62,719 nucleotides of DNA from a virus. Its lineage: Duplodnaviria; Caudoviricetes. Under the pieces are notes generated by a model. That model saw only the letters and a list, made by a program, of their open reading frames with translations, was not told where the DNA came from and ran no database searches. Below, in pieces: positions 8,568 to 17,367 of this stretch. Positions within the stretch are counted from its first letter, which is position 1. The number at the start of each line of letters is the position of its first letter. The DNA lies in the IMG/VR virus record IMGVR_UViG_3300024187_000009, positions 1 to 62,719 of that record. One strand, 5' to 3'. The translations under genes were made by a program, and so were the position numbers.

Positions 8568-9767
8568 GTGTCCGTAGACTTTCTCCTACAGGAAGACAGC
8601 ACTAGCTTATTTCTGTTGGAGAACGGACTAGGAGACATTCTCCTAGAATCGTCTACTCCCAACTCAACCGTTTTCCGTTCGTTTACCCAAGTCGGACGCC
8701 CCGGCGTTCGCATGGTTCGCCCTGCGAATATGGCGGCGATTATCAGTTCTACCGTTGCCACTCCGCAGACTTCTCCAATTCCAGGCGTCAGCCAGCCTGA
8801 ACAGGCATGGTGGAACCGGACGGATATCAATCGCGCCCAGATTTGGATTGGTCCAGATCAGCAATTCGAGGGCGCTACTCGCCAGCAGACATACATCTTC
8901 CCCCTGAGCCAGCCGGAACCTGCCAGGATCATCCCATTCATCAACTACGAGCGCTACATTGTCGATGCTCCCAAGCGCTTCGATGGGGCTACGCAGCAGC
9001 AAACATACATATTTCCGCAGGGACAGCCAGATCCGGCGCAGGTTACGGCGTTTTTGAACCGTAATCGCTATTTGGTCGATGCGCAGAAGAGATTTGATGG
9101 GGCGACCGTACAGGACTGGTTTATCTACCCGTTGCAGCAACCGGAGGCACGGCGCTGGAATCTGCCAGATCCTAACCGTTATCCGCGTTTTGGTCCGTTT
9201 CCTCAGTTCGAGGGAGCGACCACGCAACCCACGTTCGTATTTCAGCCGAACCAGCCGGAACTATCCAGGTTCTCTGAGACGCAGCGCAATCGCTTTATCG
9301 TCGACGTTACCAAACGCCTTGAAAACGCGGTTGTTGCAGCCACAGGGCAGATGTTTTTCCGGTCGTTCACGCAGGTTGGGCGACCCGGATATCGCATGGT
9401 GCAGATGCCCAAGAGCGCCGCGCTCGATAACGTCACCCAAAGCCAGCCTACCTTCCCCATTCCTCCGGTCAGCCAGCCGGAACTCTCGCGTTATTCGGAA
9501 GCCCAGCGAAACCGCTTCATTGTGGACGCTTTCCGGCAGTTATCGGGGGCTACCGACCAGCAGACTTACGTATTTGAGCCCAGCCAGCCCGATCAGGGTT
9601 GGTTTGCGGCCCCTCAAAGATTGCGCTTTGTTGTGGAGGAGCCAAAGTACTACGATGGAGCAGTTACGCCGCCTCCGGTAGTGTCGGTGTTCTACGATAA
9701 GGTTTTTGTGGGTACGATCTTCGGCGGCTGGATTGATTCGATTGATACGCGCGCAGGGGGAACATAG
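8568..9767 (+). CDS. Tandem-repeat protein (7 x ~38 aa QPE repeats)
   Basis: Repeating xQP(E/D)...R(Y/F)(I/L)VD...F(D/E)GATxQxT(Y/F)xF; FRSFTQVGRPGxRMV occurs twice. Confidence 0.75.
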   Translation: MSVDFLLQEDSTSLFLLENGLGDILLESSTPNSTVFRSFTQVGRPGVRMVRPANMAAIISSTVATPQTSPIPGVSQPEQAWWNRTDINRAQIWIGPDQQFEGATRQQTYIFPLSQPEPARIIPFINYERYIVDAPKRFDGATQQQTYIFPQGQPDPAQVTAFLNRNRYLVDAQKRFDGATVQDWFIYPLQQPEARRWNLPDPNRYPRFGPFPQFEGATTQPTFVFQPNQPELSRFSETQRNRFIVDVTKRLENAVVAATGQMFFRSFTQVGRPGYRMVQMPKSAALDNVTQSQPTFPIPPVSQPELSRYSEAQRNRFIVDAFRQLSGATDQQTYVFEPSQPDQGWFAAPQRLRFVVEEPKYYDGAVTPPPVVSVFYDKVFVGTIFGGWIDSIDTRAGGT

Positions 9768-10105
9768 TGCAGACAGGATTAGGCGTTATTACGGTGACCA
9801 GTCCCGGTACGCGGGTAGGCATACTCACCAACGTCGTCTCTACGGCGTACATTGGCGCGCAGTCGATCCTGCTTCAGGCGCTCTCTAACGCCACCCATAC
9901 CAATACGGGTCGCGTGTACATCTACGTGCTCGATGCGACCGGCACAGCCAAGCGCGTTGCTACGCTTGCAGTACCAGGAACCAATAGTATTCCCTCGTTT
10001 TCGGCCACGATCCCCAATGCGACCGCCGCCATGAACCCAGCCGCGTACTCGATTGACGCGGATAACGCTGGCGATGGCGTCGATGCGAGCTATTTAGTCC
10101 CATGA
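9767..10105 (+). CDS. Small beta-sandwich virion protein
   Basis: ITVTSPGT...ILLQA...NTGRVYI pattern; similar to 41063..41347. Confidence 0.55.
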   Translation: MQTGLGVITVTSPGTRVGILTNVVSTAYIGAQSILLQALSNATHTNTGRVYIYVLDATGTAKRVATLAVPGTNSIPSFSATIPNATAAMNPAAYSIDADNAGDGVDASYLVP

Positions 10106-10243
10106 GAATGCAGGTATCGGACTGCGATCCCGTGATCGGAGATCCGCAGTTAATCATCGACCATCCTGGGCCGCCCGATAGCTGGTTTCTGCGCAATTGG
10201 AAGCGGATTCTGGTAAGGGTTCGCCATCTAAAGAAGCTACTCC

Positions 10244-10480
10244 TTGACTTATCAAGGAGATCCGTTGCACAATCTAATCCAACGGATGAAGGACGAAACC
10301 GATAGCATCCTGGAATCAACGGGGAAGGAACTCAAAGAGAACCCGCCCGCCATTGTTGCCTCCACGCGCCGCAAGTTTGGTCCCGCCCGCGCTCGCAAGC
10401 AAACCGTAGCGATTCTCCTCAACAAGGCTCGCAAGGCTGGCGCATCCATTCCCAAACCAAAATCACTAGGGAGCTACTGA
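10244..10480 (+). CDS. Small basic protein
   Basis: RARKQTVAILLNKARKAGASIPKPK; K/R-rich. Confidence 0.55.
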   Translation: MTYQGDPLHNLIQRMKDETDSILESTGKELKENPPAIVASTRRKFGPARARKQTVAILLNKARKAGASIPKPKSLGSY

Positions 10481-10481
10481 C

Positions 10482-10571
10482 ATGGCGAAAATGGGCAAAA
10501 AGCCGAAGAAAATGAGCATGGGCGGCGGTAAAATCGTCGCCGGTCCCGCCAAGAAAATCTCGATGAAGTAA
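10482..10571 (+). CDS. 29-aa Lys/Met-rich basic miniprotein
   Basis: AGGGAG RBS; MAKMGKKPKKMSMGGGKIVAGPAKKISMK*; TAATG coupling. Confidence 0.55.
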   Translation: MAKMGKKPKKMSMGGGKIVAGPAKKISMK

Positions 10572-11005
10572 TGGCTACTGCCAATAGCCCCATGGACCAG
10601 CGCGGCGGCAATGCCCGTCTCGACGGTCCCCCGCCGCTTCCGTCTGAGGCCAAGCGCAAGGCTCCGTCCTCCTGGATGGACCAGAGCGCCACGGATCAGA
10701 CCGGGCTGGGGCTGGGCAAGGATGCGGGTTCGCCCATGATGCAACTGATGGGCCTCTCGGCTCAGATGCAGACCATCATCCAGAAGGCCTCGAACCTTAA
10801 TCCGCAGCAGGCCGACGTATGGGCCACGATCTTGAACGCGACCAATCAAGCCTTCGGGCAGGCGTTGGCCGCAACCGCGTCTCCGCAGGGAGGCGCACCA
10901 CCTCCGGGATCAGGTCCCGCTCCGGGTCCAGGCATGGCACCCCCTCAGGGGATGCCCATGCCTCCAGGTCCGGGTGGTCCACCTCCGGGGCAACCAGGTA
11001 TGTAG
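10571..11005 (+). CDS. Pro/Gly/Gln-rich head-associated protein
   Basis: Low-complexity PPG tail; sits upstream of the scaffold gene. Confidence 0.55.
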   Translation: MATANSPMDQRGGNARLDGPPPLPSEAKRKAPSSWMDQSATDQTGLGLGKDAGSPMMQLMGLSAQMQTIIQKASNLNPQQADVWATILNATNQAFGQALAATASPQGGAPPPGSGPAPGPGMAPPQGMPMPPGPGGPPPGQPGM

Positions 11006-11006
11006 A

Positions 11007-11064
11007 CGCGCAACTAGGCGACCCGACACCGCGCGCAACGCGGTAGGCGACCCGACAGTTAGCG
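11007..11064 (+). promoter_or_regulatory. Repeat/hairpin element in the scaffold 5' UTR
   Basis: TAGGCGACCCGACA at 11015-11028 and 11044-11057 around hairpin ACCGCG/CGCGGT; abuts the GAGGAG RBS. Confidence 0.55.
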
Positions 11065-11076
11065 AGGAGACAGACG

Positions 11077-11904
11077 ATGACGAAGGACGAAGCAAAAGCC
11101 CATTTCAAGAAGCTAGCAGGCAGCCTGTCTAAAGAACAGCAGGACGCCATTGCGGCAGCTTTGGAGAATGAGGACTTTGGCGAGGAAGTGTCCAAGGGCT
11201 TCATGCTCAATGCCGACTACTCCAACAACAAGAAGGCGTTGGCGGCAGAGAAAAAGAAGACCGAAGAGGAGTACGCCAGGAAGTACCAGGAATTGTCTAC
11301 GTGGGCTACCGAACACGGCAAAACCATCGAACAGGCCAAGAAAATCTGGGACGACTACAACAGGTACGTGCAGACAGTCGGTCCACTCGATGGCGCGAAC
11401 GGAGCAGCGAACGGCAACAATGGGGCACCGAATGGAGCGAACGCCTTGACACCCGATGCGATAAAACAACTTCTGGATGAGCGCGATCAACGATTGGCGG
11501 GCGGCGTAACGTCGCTGGTCAAGGATGCAGTCTCGCTGTCCGGTGACTATTTCAAGCGATACGGCGAAAATCTGCCGGTTGAGGAACTTGACCAGTTTCT
11601 AGCGGAGCAACGAAAGACCGATCCGAACCTTTCTCTTCGAGGAGCCTACAAACTCTTCATTGAGCCCAAGGAAACGGCGGCTTCCGAAACCCGCTTCAAG
11701 GAAGCTATCGAGCGGGCACGGAAGGAAGAACGCGAAAAGATCCTTTCGACCCACCACATTCCGGTAGACAACGGACCCAAGGAACTCTCTCCCGCATGGG
11801 ACCCGGCGCGGCACGACAAAGCCAAGATGCCTGCTGAACAGCAGGAGGAACTGGCGCGCCAGGGCTTCATGGAGGAGTGGGCCAAGGCCGGAGCCGCTAG
11901 CTAA
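11077..11904 (+). CDS. Capsid scaffolding protein
   Basis: Charged, helical/coiled-coil, strong RBS, immediately upstream of the capsid gene. Confidence 0.7.
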   Translation: MTKDEAKAHFKKLAGSLSKEQQDAIAAALENEDFGEEVSKGFMLNADYSNNKKALAAEKKKTEEEYARKYQELSTWATEHGKTIEQAKKIWDDYNRYVQTVGPLDGANGAANGNNGAPNGANALTPDAIKQLLDERDQRLAGGVTSLVKDAVSLSGDYFKRYGENLPVEELDQFLAEQRKTDPNLSLRGAYKLFIEPKETAASETRFKEAIERARKEEREKILSTHHIPVDNGPKELSPAWDPARHDKAKMPAEQQEELARQGFMEEWAKAGAAS

Positions 11905-11955
11905 ACCCCGTAACCGTAGCCATTCGGACGCGGGCACAACGGAGACTATGTCTGA

Positions 11956-13074
11956 ATGCTAAACACGGACGGTTTACTTAACCAGTTAACCGCCTCTACC
12001 AGACGTTTCGTCCGTGATACGCCCAAGCTGGTCGATGATGTCTTTCAACAGGGCACAGGAATGCGAATCCTGCAAAAGTCCTGCAAAGAGGCATTCGACG
12101 GTGGGCGCATCATAGCCGATAACTTCTGGTACGGGGTGCTTCCTGGCGGTCCTACCCCTTACGGCGCTGAACTCGACATTACCGAGCCTCAGGTCGAACA
12201 ACAGAAGCAGTTCATTCCGAAAGAGTTTTACGCGAACATCACGCTGCTGAAGGAAGAGATCCAGGTCTTTAACACCGGCCCTGCTCAAATCTTTAGCCTG
12301 CTGAAGTCGCGTACCGAGAATGCCTACGCCGCGATGGGCGCGTTCATGGAAATTGGCTTGTACCTTAATGGGATCAACGCCAACTACACCAGCAACTTTA
12401 ACGGGTTGCCGGAAATGCTGAACGACAATTCGACCGCATCCTGGGATGGCAATACCTACGCCAACTACGGCGGCATCTCGCGGGCGGCGGTCACTCCGGC
12501 GCTAAACTCGGTGCCTACCAACGTCAACGGGTCTATCGAACTTCCGACGCTTGAATCGACTTACATGGCGGCGGCATATGGGCCGGAGATCCAGCCCAAT
12601 TACGGCGTAACCACGCAGATCGGCTACTCGCTCATCAAGAACAAATTTCAGACCCAGCAGCGGTTTAACGACACGCAGGACCCGAAGATCGGGTTCAACG
12701 CGCTGAAGTTCAATAATGCCAGCGTGGTCTGGTCGCGTTACGTTCCTGGAGCGTACCTGTTCGGTTCTTCGGGAACCGCCGATACGGTGGCCGTCCAGTT
12801 CATCAAGCAGCTTTCAGGCGGCGTGCTGACTGCCTATCCTGCCCCCTCGGGCGGATATCCGTCAGCGGGAACCAACCTCGAAACGCTGTGGTGGCTGAAC
12901 GCCAATAAGCCCTATCTGCTCTACTACCTCAGCACCAATTCTGAGTTCGGCCTCGGGACCACCGGGTTCAAGCCTGCTCAGGGCAACACGAAGGTTGCCT
13001 GCCAGGTGTTGATGGTTGGAGCAGTAACCGGCGAGCCGCGTTATCACACGCAGCTATACGCGATTAAGAGCTAG
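11956..13074 (+). CDS. Major capsid protein (HK97 fold)
   Basis: 372 aa; LVDDVF, FDGGRII, FNGL...YGGISR, GFNALKFNNA motifs of P22-coat-like MCPs; position after the scaffold. Confidence 0.85.
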   Translation: MLNTDGLLNQLTASTRRFVRDTPKLVDDVFQQGTGMRILQKSCKEAFDGGRIIADNFWYGVLPGGPTPYGAELDITEPQVEQQKQFIPKEFYANITLLKEEIQVFNTGPAQIFSLLKSRTENAYAAMGAFMEIGLYLNGINANYTSNFNGLPEMLNDNSTASWDGNTYANYGGISRAAVTPALNSVPTNVNGSIELPTLESTYMAAAYGPEIQPNYGVTTQIGYSLIKNKFQTQQRFNDTQDPKIGFNALKFNNASVVWSRYVPGAYLFGSSGTADTVAVQFIKQLSGGVLTAYPAPSGGYPSAGTNLETLWWLNANKPYLLYYLSTNSEFGLGTTGFKPAQGNTKVACQVLMVGAVTGEPRYHTQLYAIKS

Positions 13075-13088
13075 GGGAGGACAAGACA

Positions 13089-13616
13089 ATGCCTATCAGA
13101 TCAAATCAAGTCCAAACCCAGTACATCGTCACCGGCAATCCGGATACGGTCAACGTCTCCACTACTTACTTCGACGCACAGCCCGGTCATGTCCTGCCGC
13201 ATGTGCAGGGCAGATACCAGTTCGTGCAGTGCGATTCCGGCGCAACAGCGGCCAATACGGTCGGCGTTGTGGCGGCGGCGCAACTCGCGTTCTGGAAGAT
13301 TGGCGCAGTTGGACAGTACATCGTCACCAACGATCTGCGTCTTGCTGCGGACGGCCGCAACGGCGTGGCTGGAATCTTCCGAAACGCGGTTACTGCTGGC
13401 AACTACTGCTACGTCTTGCAGAAGGCTAATAGCGTTGCGGTCAAGGGAACTTCGGGCTCTCCGCTCGATATTCTCATTGCCAACAGCGGGACGGCGGCGG
13501 ATACGACCAGCATTGCCGCCGGGTCCAACTTCACGTATCGACCCATCGGGACCGTTACCGTCGCCACGGCGGGCGGAAACGTCACGGCGGATATCGATAT
13601 CCCGAGCGCAGTTTAA
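13089..13616 (+). CDS. Capsid decoration/cement protein
   Basis: Follows the MCP with a GGGGAGG RBS; RYQFVQ...AGIF..AVTAGNYCYV pattern. Confidence 0.6.
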   Translation: MPIRSNQVQTQYIVTGNPDTVNVSTTYFDAQPGHVLPHVQGRYQFVQCDSGATAANTVGVVAAAQLAFWKIGAVGQYIVTNDLRLAADGRNGVAGIFRNAVTAGNYCYVLQKANSVAVKGTSGSPLDILIANSGTAADTTSIAAGSNFTYRPIGTVTVATAGGNVTADIDIPSAV

Positions 13617-13625
13617 GGAGGGCTA

Positions 13626-13874
13626 ATGGCCGCAGTCACAGTCAACGGCAATCCCGTCTACAACGTCTCTGGCTCGCTCAGGGACTACGTGTACAACGTC
13701 ACTATCGCCACCTCAGGAGACACTCTGGTAACGAACCTCGGTTCGATCAAGGCGATCTCGTTCAACGATGTGGCGATCACCAAGGCGTCTCCCGGAGCCG
13801 CCCCCACGTCCACCATTACCTTCACCACGACCGGAGCGGTTACCGCCGCCGAGGTACGGGTGCTGGGCTACTAA
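13626..13874 (+). CDS. Small virion protein
   Basis: AAGGAGG RBS; beta-rich 82 aa. Confidence 0.6.
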   Translation: MAAVTVNGNPVYNVSGSLRDYVYNVTIATSGDTLVTNLGSIKAISFNDVAITKASPGAAPTSTITFTTTGAVTAAEVRVLGY

Positions 13875-13889
13875 GAAGGGAGAAGTCGT

Positions 13890-14852
13890 GTGTCTCTGGA
13901 TACCTACCCGGACATCTGGAACAGGGTTCTGCTCCGAGCCCCGGATGTAGGTCCGTTCATTGCACAGGACTTCGTAAGAAACTCGTTCCGTAGGGTCGCG
14001 GAGAGGCGGCGCTGGTCGTGGCTTATCAAGTTCAGCCAGTTCATCTCTCCCGCCCCCTACGTGACGGGAACCGTTAGCGTTACCCAAGGCTCGACCACCG
14101 TAACGGGGGTCAATACAGCGTGGCTTTCCGCGTCCCCCACGCTGCTCTACCAGCAGTTCCGTATCGGCATTACCGCGCCGATCTATACCATCATCCAGGT
14201 TACCGACGATACGCATTTGGAACTTTCCTCGCCTTTTGGCGGGGCAACGGCAACCAACACGGTGTACCGGATCTACCAGTGCTTCTTTCCCACGCCAACC
14301 GATTACCATTCGATGCTGACCCTGTGGGACCCAGCCATGAACTGGAATCTCAATCTCAACGTCAAGCAAGAACAGCTAAATAGCTGGGACGCCCAAAGAG
14401 CGCAGACCGGGAACGCTTACATGGTGTCTTATCGTGACACCAGCCAGTACTTCATCGGGACCACGCCGACGACGCCGGGAGTGCCGCGCTTGGAGTTATG
14501 GCCGCATTCTACCAGCCGCACGTTCCCGTATCTCTATGAGGCGCGGGCTACCGATATTAGCGATCCGGGGGCAATCCTGCCGCGCTTTATTCGCGGCGAT
14601 ATGCTGCTAGAGATGTCTTTGGCTGAAGCCGCTTCCTATCCAGGAACGCGAGACAAGCCCAACGCTTACTCAAATGTCGCTACCGCCCGCCGCCACGATG
14701 CGCAGGCGCAATTCCTGATTACCGAAGCCGAGCGGCAGGACGACGAAACCGATATGCAAGACTTGATGCAGCAGTACGGCGTCCCTGCTGGCATGGCCGT
14801 TCCGTTCGGGGACGCAAATTGGATTCAAAGCCACTCACTGGCATTCTTTTAG
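13890..14852 (+). CDS. Head-tail adaptor protein with inserted beta domain
   Basis: RRRWSWL helix, GTVSVTQGSTTVTG insert, LELWP motif. Confidence 0.6.
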   Translation: MSLDTYPDIWNRVLLRAPDVGPFIAQDFVRNSFRRVAERRRWSWLIKFSQFISPAPYVTGTVSVTQGSTTVTGVNTAWLSASPTLLYQQFRIGITAPIYTIIQVTDDTHLELSSPFGGATATNTVYRIYQCFFPTPTDYHSMLTLWDPAMNWNLNLNVKQEQLNSWDAQRAQTGNAYMVSYRDTSQYFIGTTPTTPGVPRLELWPHSTSRTFPYLYEARATDISDPGAILPRFIRGDMLLEMSLAEAASYPGTRDKPNAYSNVATARRHDAQAQFLITEAERQDDETDMQDLMQQYGVPAGMAVPFGDANWIQSHSLAFF

Positions 14853-14864
14853 AAGGAGAACACA

Positions 14865-15092
14865 ATGGCAAAAGGTGATTTCGTTACCAGTCCGATGGAT
14901 TACGCAAGCGGGCCGACCAATCCGAAGCCCTCGGGCGAGTTTAACGGCGACCCCAATTTCCCCAAGCGTTCGGATTACGGAGCGGGCGTGACCGAGAAAA
15001 CGCTAGAAGCGTGGCCGACTGAGGACGTGGCAATCGCGGCAGGCTCACCTATCGTTGATGCCGTGATCCGCAAAGACAATAGCATCACCTAG
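14865..15092 (+). CDS. Hypothetical protein
   Basis: AAGGAG RBS, 75 aa. Confidence 0.55.
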   Translation: MAKGDFVTSPMDYASGPTNPKPSGEFNGDPNFPKRSDYGAGVTEKTLEAWPTEDVAIAAGSPIVDAVIRKDNSIT

Positions 15093-15839
15093 ATGCGCTT
15101 CCGCTTCGAGTGGGCGATTATCGCGCTGCTGACGGTGCTCTGTGTCGAAGTGTCCCTGCGTAGCCCTGATCCGGTGCTTGCGCAGGGACCGCAACGCCTG
15201 ATCTTCGTCACATCGGCACCATTCGGGTCCTGCAATATCACCATGCCTCTGCGCTACGTGACGGGCGGGGCGGACGCATTCAAACTCTACGGCTGCGCCT
15301 CGACCACCAACGTATGGGGCTTGGTCAGCGGGACTGGAGGCGGCGGTGGCGGAAACGTAACCAGTTCCGGCACGCTCAACAATAACCAACTGATCGGTGG
15401 AAACGGCGCAGCGGTTATCAAGGCCGTTAATCTCACTGGAGCAGTTACGACCTCGGGCGGGCTAACGACCGTGATTACGCCTGTAGTTACCGCTGGCGTT
15501 TACGGGGACGCCTCGCACACTCTGCAACTCACGATCAACGCAGCAGGGCAAGTTACGGCGGTATCGTCTCTGCCGATTAGTCCCTATACGGGCCAGTTCA
15601 CAGCGACAACGGGACTTGCGGTCAGCGATACGTCGCATAGCGGTGCAGCGGTCCTGAGCGGAAAGACCTCCGGGGGTATCTCTTTGGCCGTTGCCGATGC
15701 TGCCGGGACCCTAGTTGGAGTGGTTCTGCCAACTGCGGTTCCTATGTCATTTCCAAAATCGCTCCAAATTACGGGCACGACTACATGCCCGACGCTTACG
15801 TCGGCACCAGCAACCTGTTACGCAACTGCATGGCAATAA
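15093..15839 (+). CDS. Fibre-like protein with N-terminal signal/TM segment
   Basis: MRFRFEWAIIALLTVLCVEVSL...VLAQ, then Gly/Thr-rich segments and a VTAGVYG...TINAAGQVTAV fibre repeat. Confidence 0.6.
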   Translation: MRFRFEWAIIALLTVLCVEVSLRSPDPVLAQGPQRLIFVTSAPFGSCNITMPLRYVTGGADAFKLYGCASTTNVWGLVSGTGGGGGGNVTSSGTLNNNQLIGGNGAAVIKAVNLTGAVTTSGGLTTVITPVVTAGVYGDASHTLQLTINAAGQVTAVSSLPISPYTGQFTATTGLAVSDTSHSGAAVLSGKTSGGISLAVADAAGTLVGVVLPTAVPMSFPKSLQITGTTTCPTLTSAPATCYATAWQ

Positions 15840-17186
15840 ATGGCTTATAGTTACCTCAATTTCGCGCAAGCCAAGACCCAGCTATCCGAGATGCTAGGCG
15901 ATACGGGTGAGGTCTATTACCAGGATGCCGAGATCGGTATATACATCCAGGAATCTCTTCGTACATGGGGTGCAGCCTCCATGTATTGGCGGGAAAGAGG
16001 CGTCTTCAATACGAGCGCGAATCAACCGTTCTACCTCCTCCAGAACGAGTTTCCTGCGCTCCTCGCTTACACCGTCACCGATACGCAGTTGATGACCGAG
16101 ATTCAGTACCAACTGCTGGAGCCCGCTACGGGCACCTCCTGGACCGGCAGCGATCAGTTTTCCTTCGACCAGATCACCAATGCGATGCAGCGCAGGCGGA
16201 ATCAGTTTATGGTCGAGACGGGAGCGGTGCTCAACCATCCTACCTCCGGCATCGCTCCCCTCCCTTTCGGTCGCTTTCCGCTCGATGACACCGTGATTGA
16301 CGTAAGGCGTGCTGCTTTTCAGCCTGTTGGGGGCGCGGATTGGGTGACGCTTTGGCGGCAGGACGAGTGGTCGATGGGGGCAAATACGGCCATGACGTGG
16401 CCGCAGACACCCGCAACGCCGCAGGCTTATAGCATCGCTGCTTCGCCTCCCGTGACGCTTCAGTTGGAACCGCCGCCTAATATTAACGGCACGCTCGATA
16501 TGGTCACGGTCGAAGATCCGGGGGATCTGGACCCTTCGTCTCCTAATGGCACGCTCCTGTTCATCCCCGACGACTTCGTGTGGGTGGTGAAGTTCGGCGT
16601 TCTAGCCGACCTGCTAGGTGCGGACGGGCAAGCCCGCGATCAGGATAGGGCGCAGTACTGCTTGCAGCGCTGGCAGGAAGGCATCCAGCTTGCTAATATC
16701 TACACTTCTATCATACAGTTGCAGTTGAACGACGTACCGCTCTATGTGTGCTCTTTGCAGGAGTTGGACTCGGGCTCGTATAACTGGCGCAATACCACCG
16801 GCACGCCTACAGTGGGCGCTCTGGCCGGGCTGAACCTGCTTGTACTGGCTGGTGACGGATCGAGCGGCGGCATCCCTGACGGGGTATACGGCGTCAGCGC
16901 CGATGTGGTGCGTTCTGCCCCGGTGCCTGTGGCCGATAGTGACCTGATCCAGGTAGGCCGCGAGGAACTTGACTCGATCCTGCGCTATGCCGAACATCTG
17001 GCGGCGTGGAAGATGGCGGGCACCGAGTTCATGGCGACCATGCCGCACTATCAGGGTTTCATGCGAGGCGCGATGCTCTACAACAACCGCCTCAGGGCTA
17101 ACGCCCGTAACTTCAACGTGCTCAAAGATCGCGCGACTCTTGAGGATTCGCGCAGGCCGAGGAAACTAGAACCGGTAGGAGCGTGA
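15840..17186 (+). CDS. Tail adaptor/tubular protein A-like (internally repeated)
   Basis: FAQAKTQL..LGD....YQDAEI..YIQE and a second QFSFDQITNAMQ unit; TPQAY...LQLEPPP motif. Confidence 0.6.
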   Translation: MAYSYLNFAQAKTQLSEMLGDTGEVYYQDAEIGIYIQESLRTWGAASMYWRERGVFNTSANQPFYLLQNEFPALLAYTVTDTQLMTEIQYQLLEPATGTSWTGSDQFSFDQITNAMQRRRNQFMVETGAVLNHPTSGIAPLPFGRFPLDDTVIDVRRAAFQPVGGADWVTLWRQDEWSMGANTAMTWPQTPATPQAYSIAASPPVTLQLEPPPNINGTLDMVTVEDPGDLDPSSPNGTLLFIPDDFVWVVKFGVLADLLGADGQARDQDRAQYCLQRWQEGIQLANIYTSIIQLQLNDVPLYVCSLQELDSGSYNWRNTTGTPTVGALAGLNLLVLAGDGSSGGIPDGVYGVSADVVRSAPVPVADSDLIQVGREELDSILRYAEHLAAWKMAGTEFMATMPHYQGFMRGAMLYNNRLRANARNFNVLKDRATLEDSRRPRKLEPVGA

Positions 17187-17187
17187 T

Positions 17188-17367
17188 ATGGCAAATGATC
17201 CGTTGTGGATGGAACATGCTGCGGCCAAGATGAAGGCCAAGGGAACGGTTGGCTCGTTCGGGAAAGCAACCAGCAAGAAGATCAAGAAAGGGCTGGCGGC
17301 AGGCGGGAAGATGGCAAAGAAGGCCGGATTCGCCAAGGCCGCTAAGTCAGTAGCATCTAAGCACTAA
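17188..17367 (+). CDS. 59-aa Lys/Ala-rich basic protein
   Basis: Hand translation MANDPLWMEHAAAKMKAKG...KKAGFAKAAKSVASKH*; AGGAG RBS. Confidence 0.6.
   Translation: MANDPLWMEHAAAKMKAKGTVGSFGKATSKKIKKGLAAGGKMAKKAGFAKAAKSVASKH

Noticed and set aside
8568-9767. Diversity-generating retroelement template/variable repeats
   Set aside because: The repeats are in-frame protein repeats without evident adenine-specific mismatches, and no reverse transcriptase is present.
11948-11962. uORF (MSEC*) overlapping the capsid start as a regulatory element
   Set aside because: Its ATG is only 3 nt from GGAG, too close for efficient initiation; ATG 11956 is acceptably spaced.
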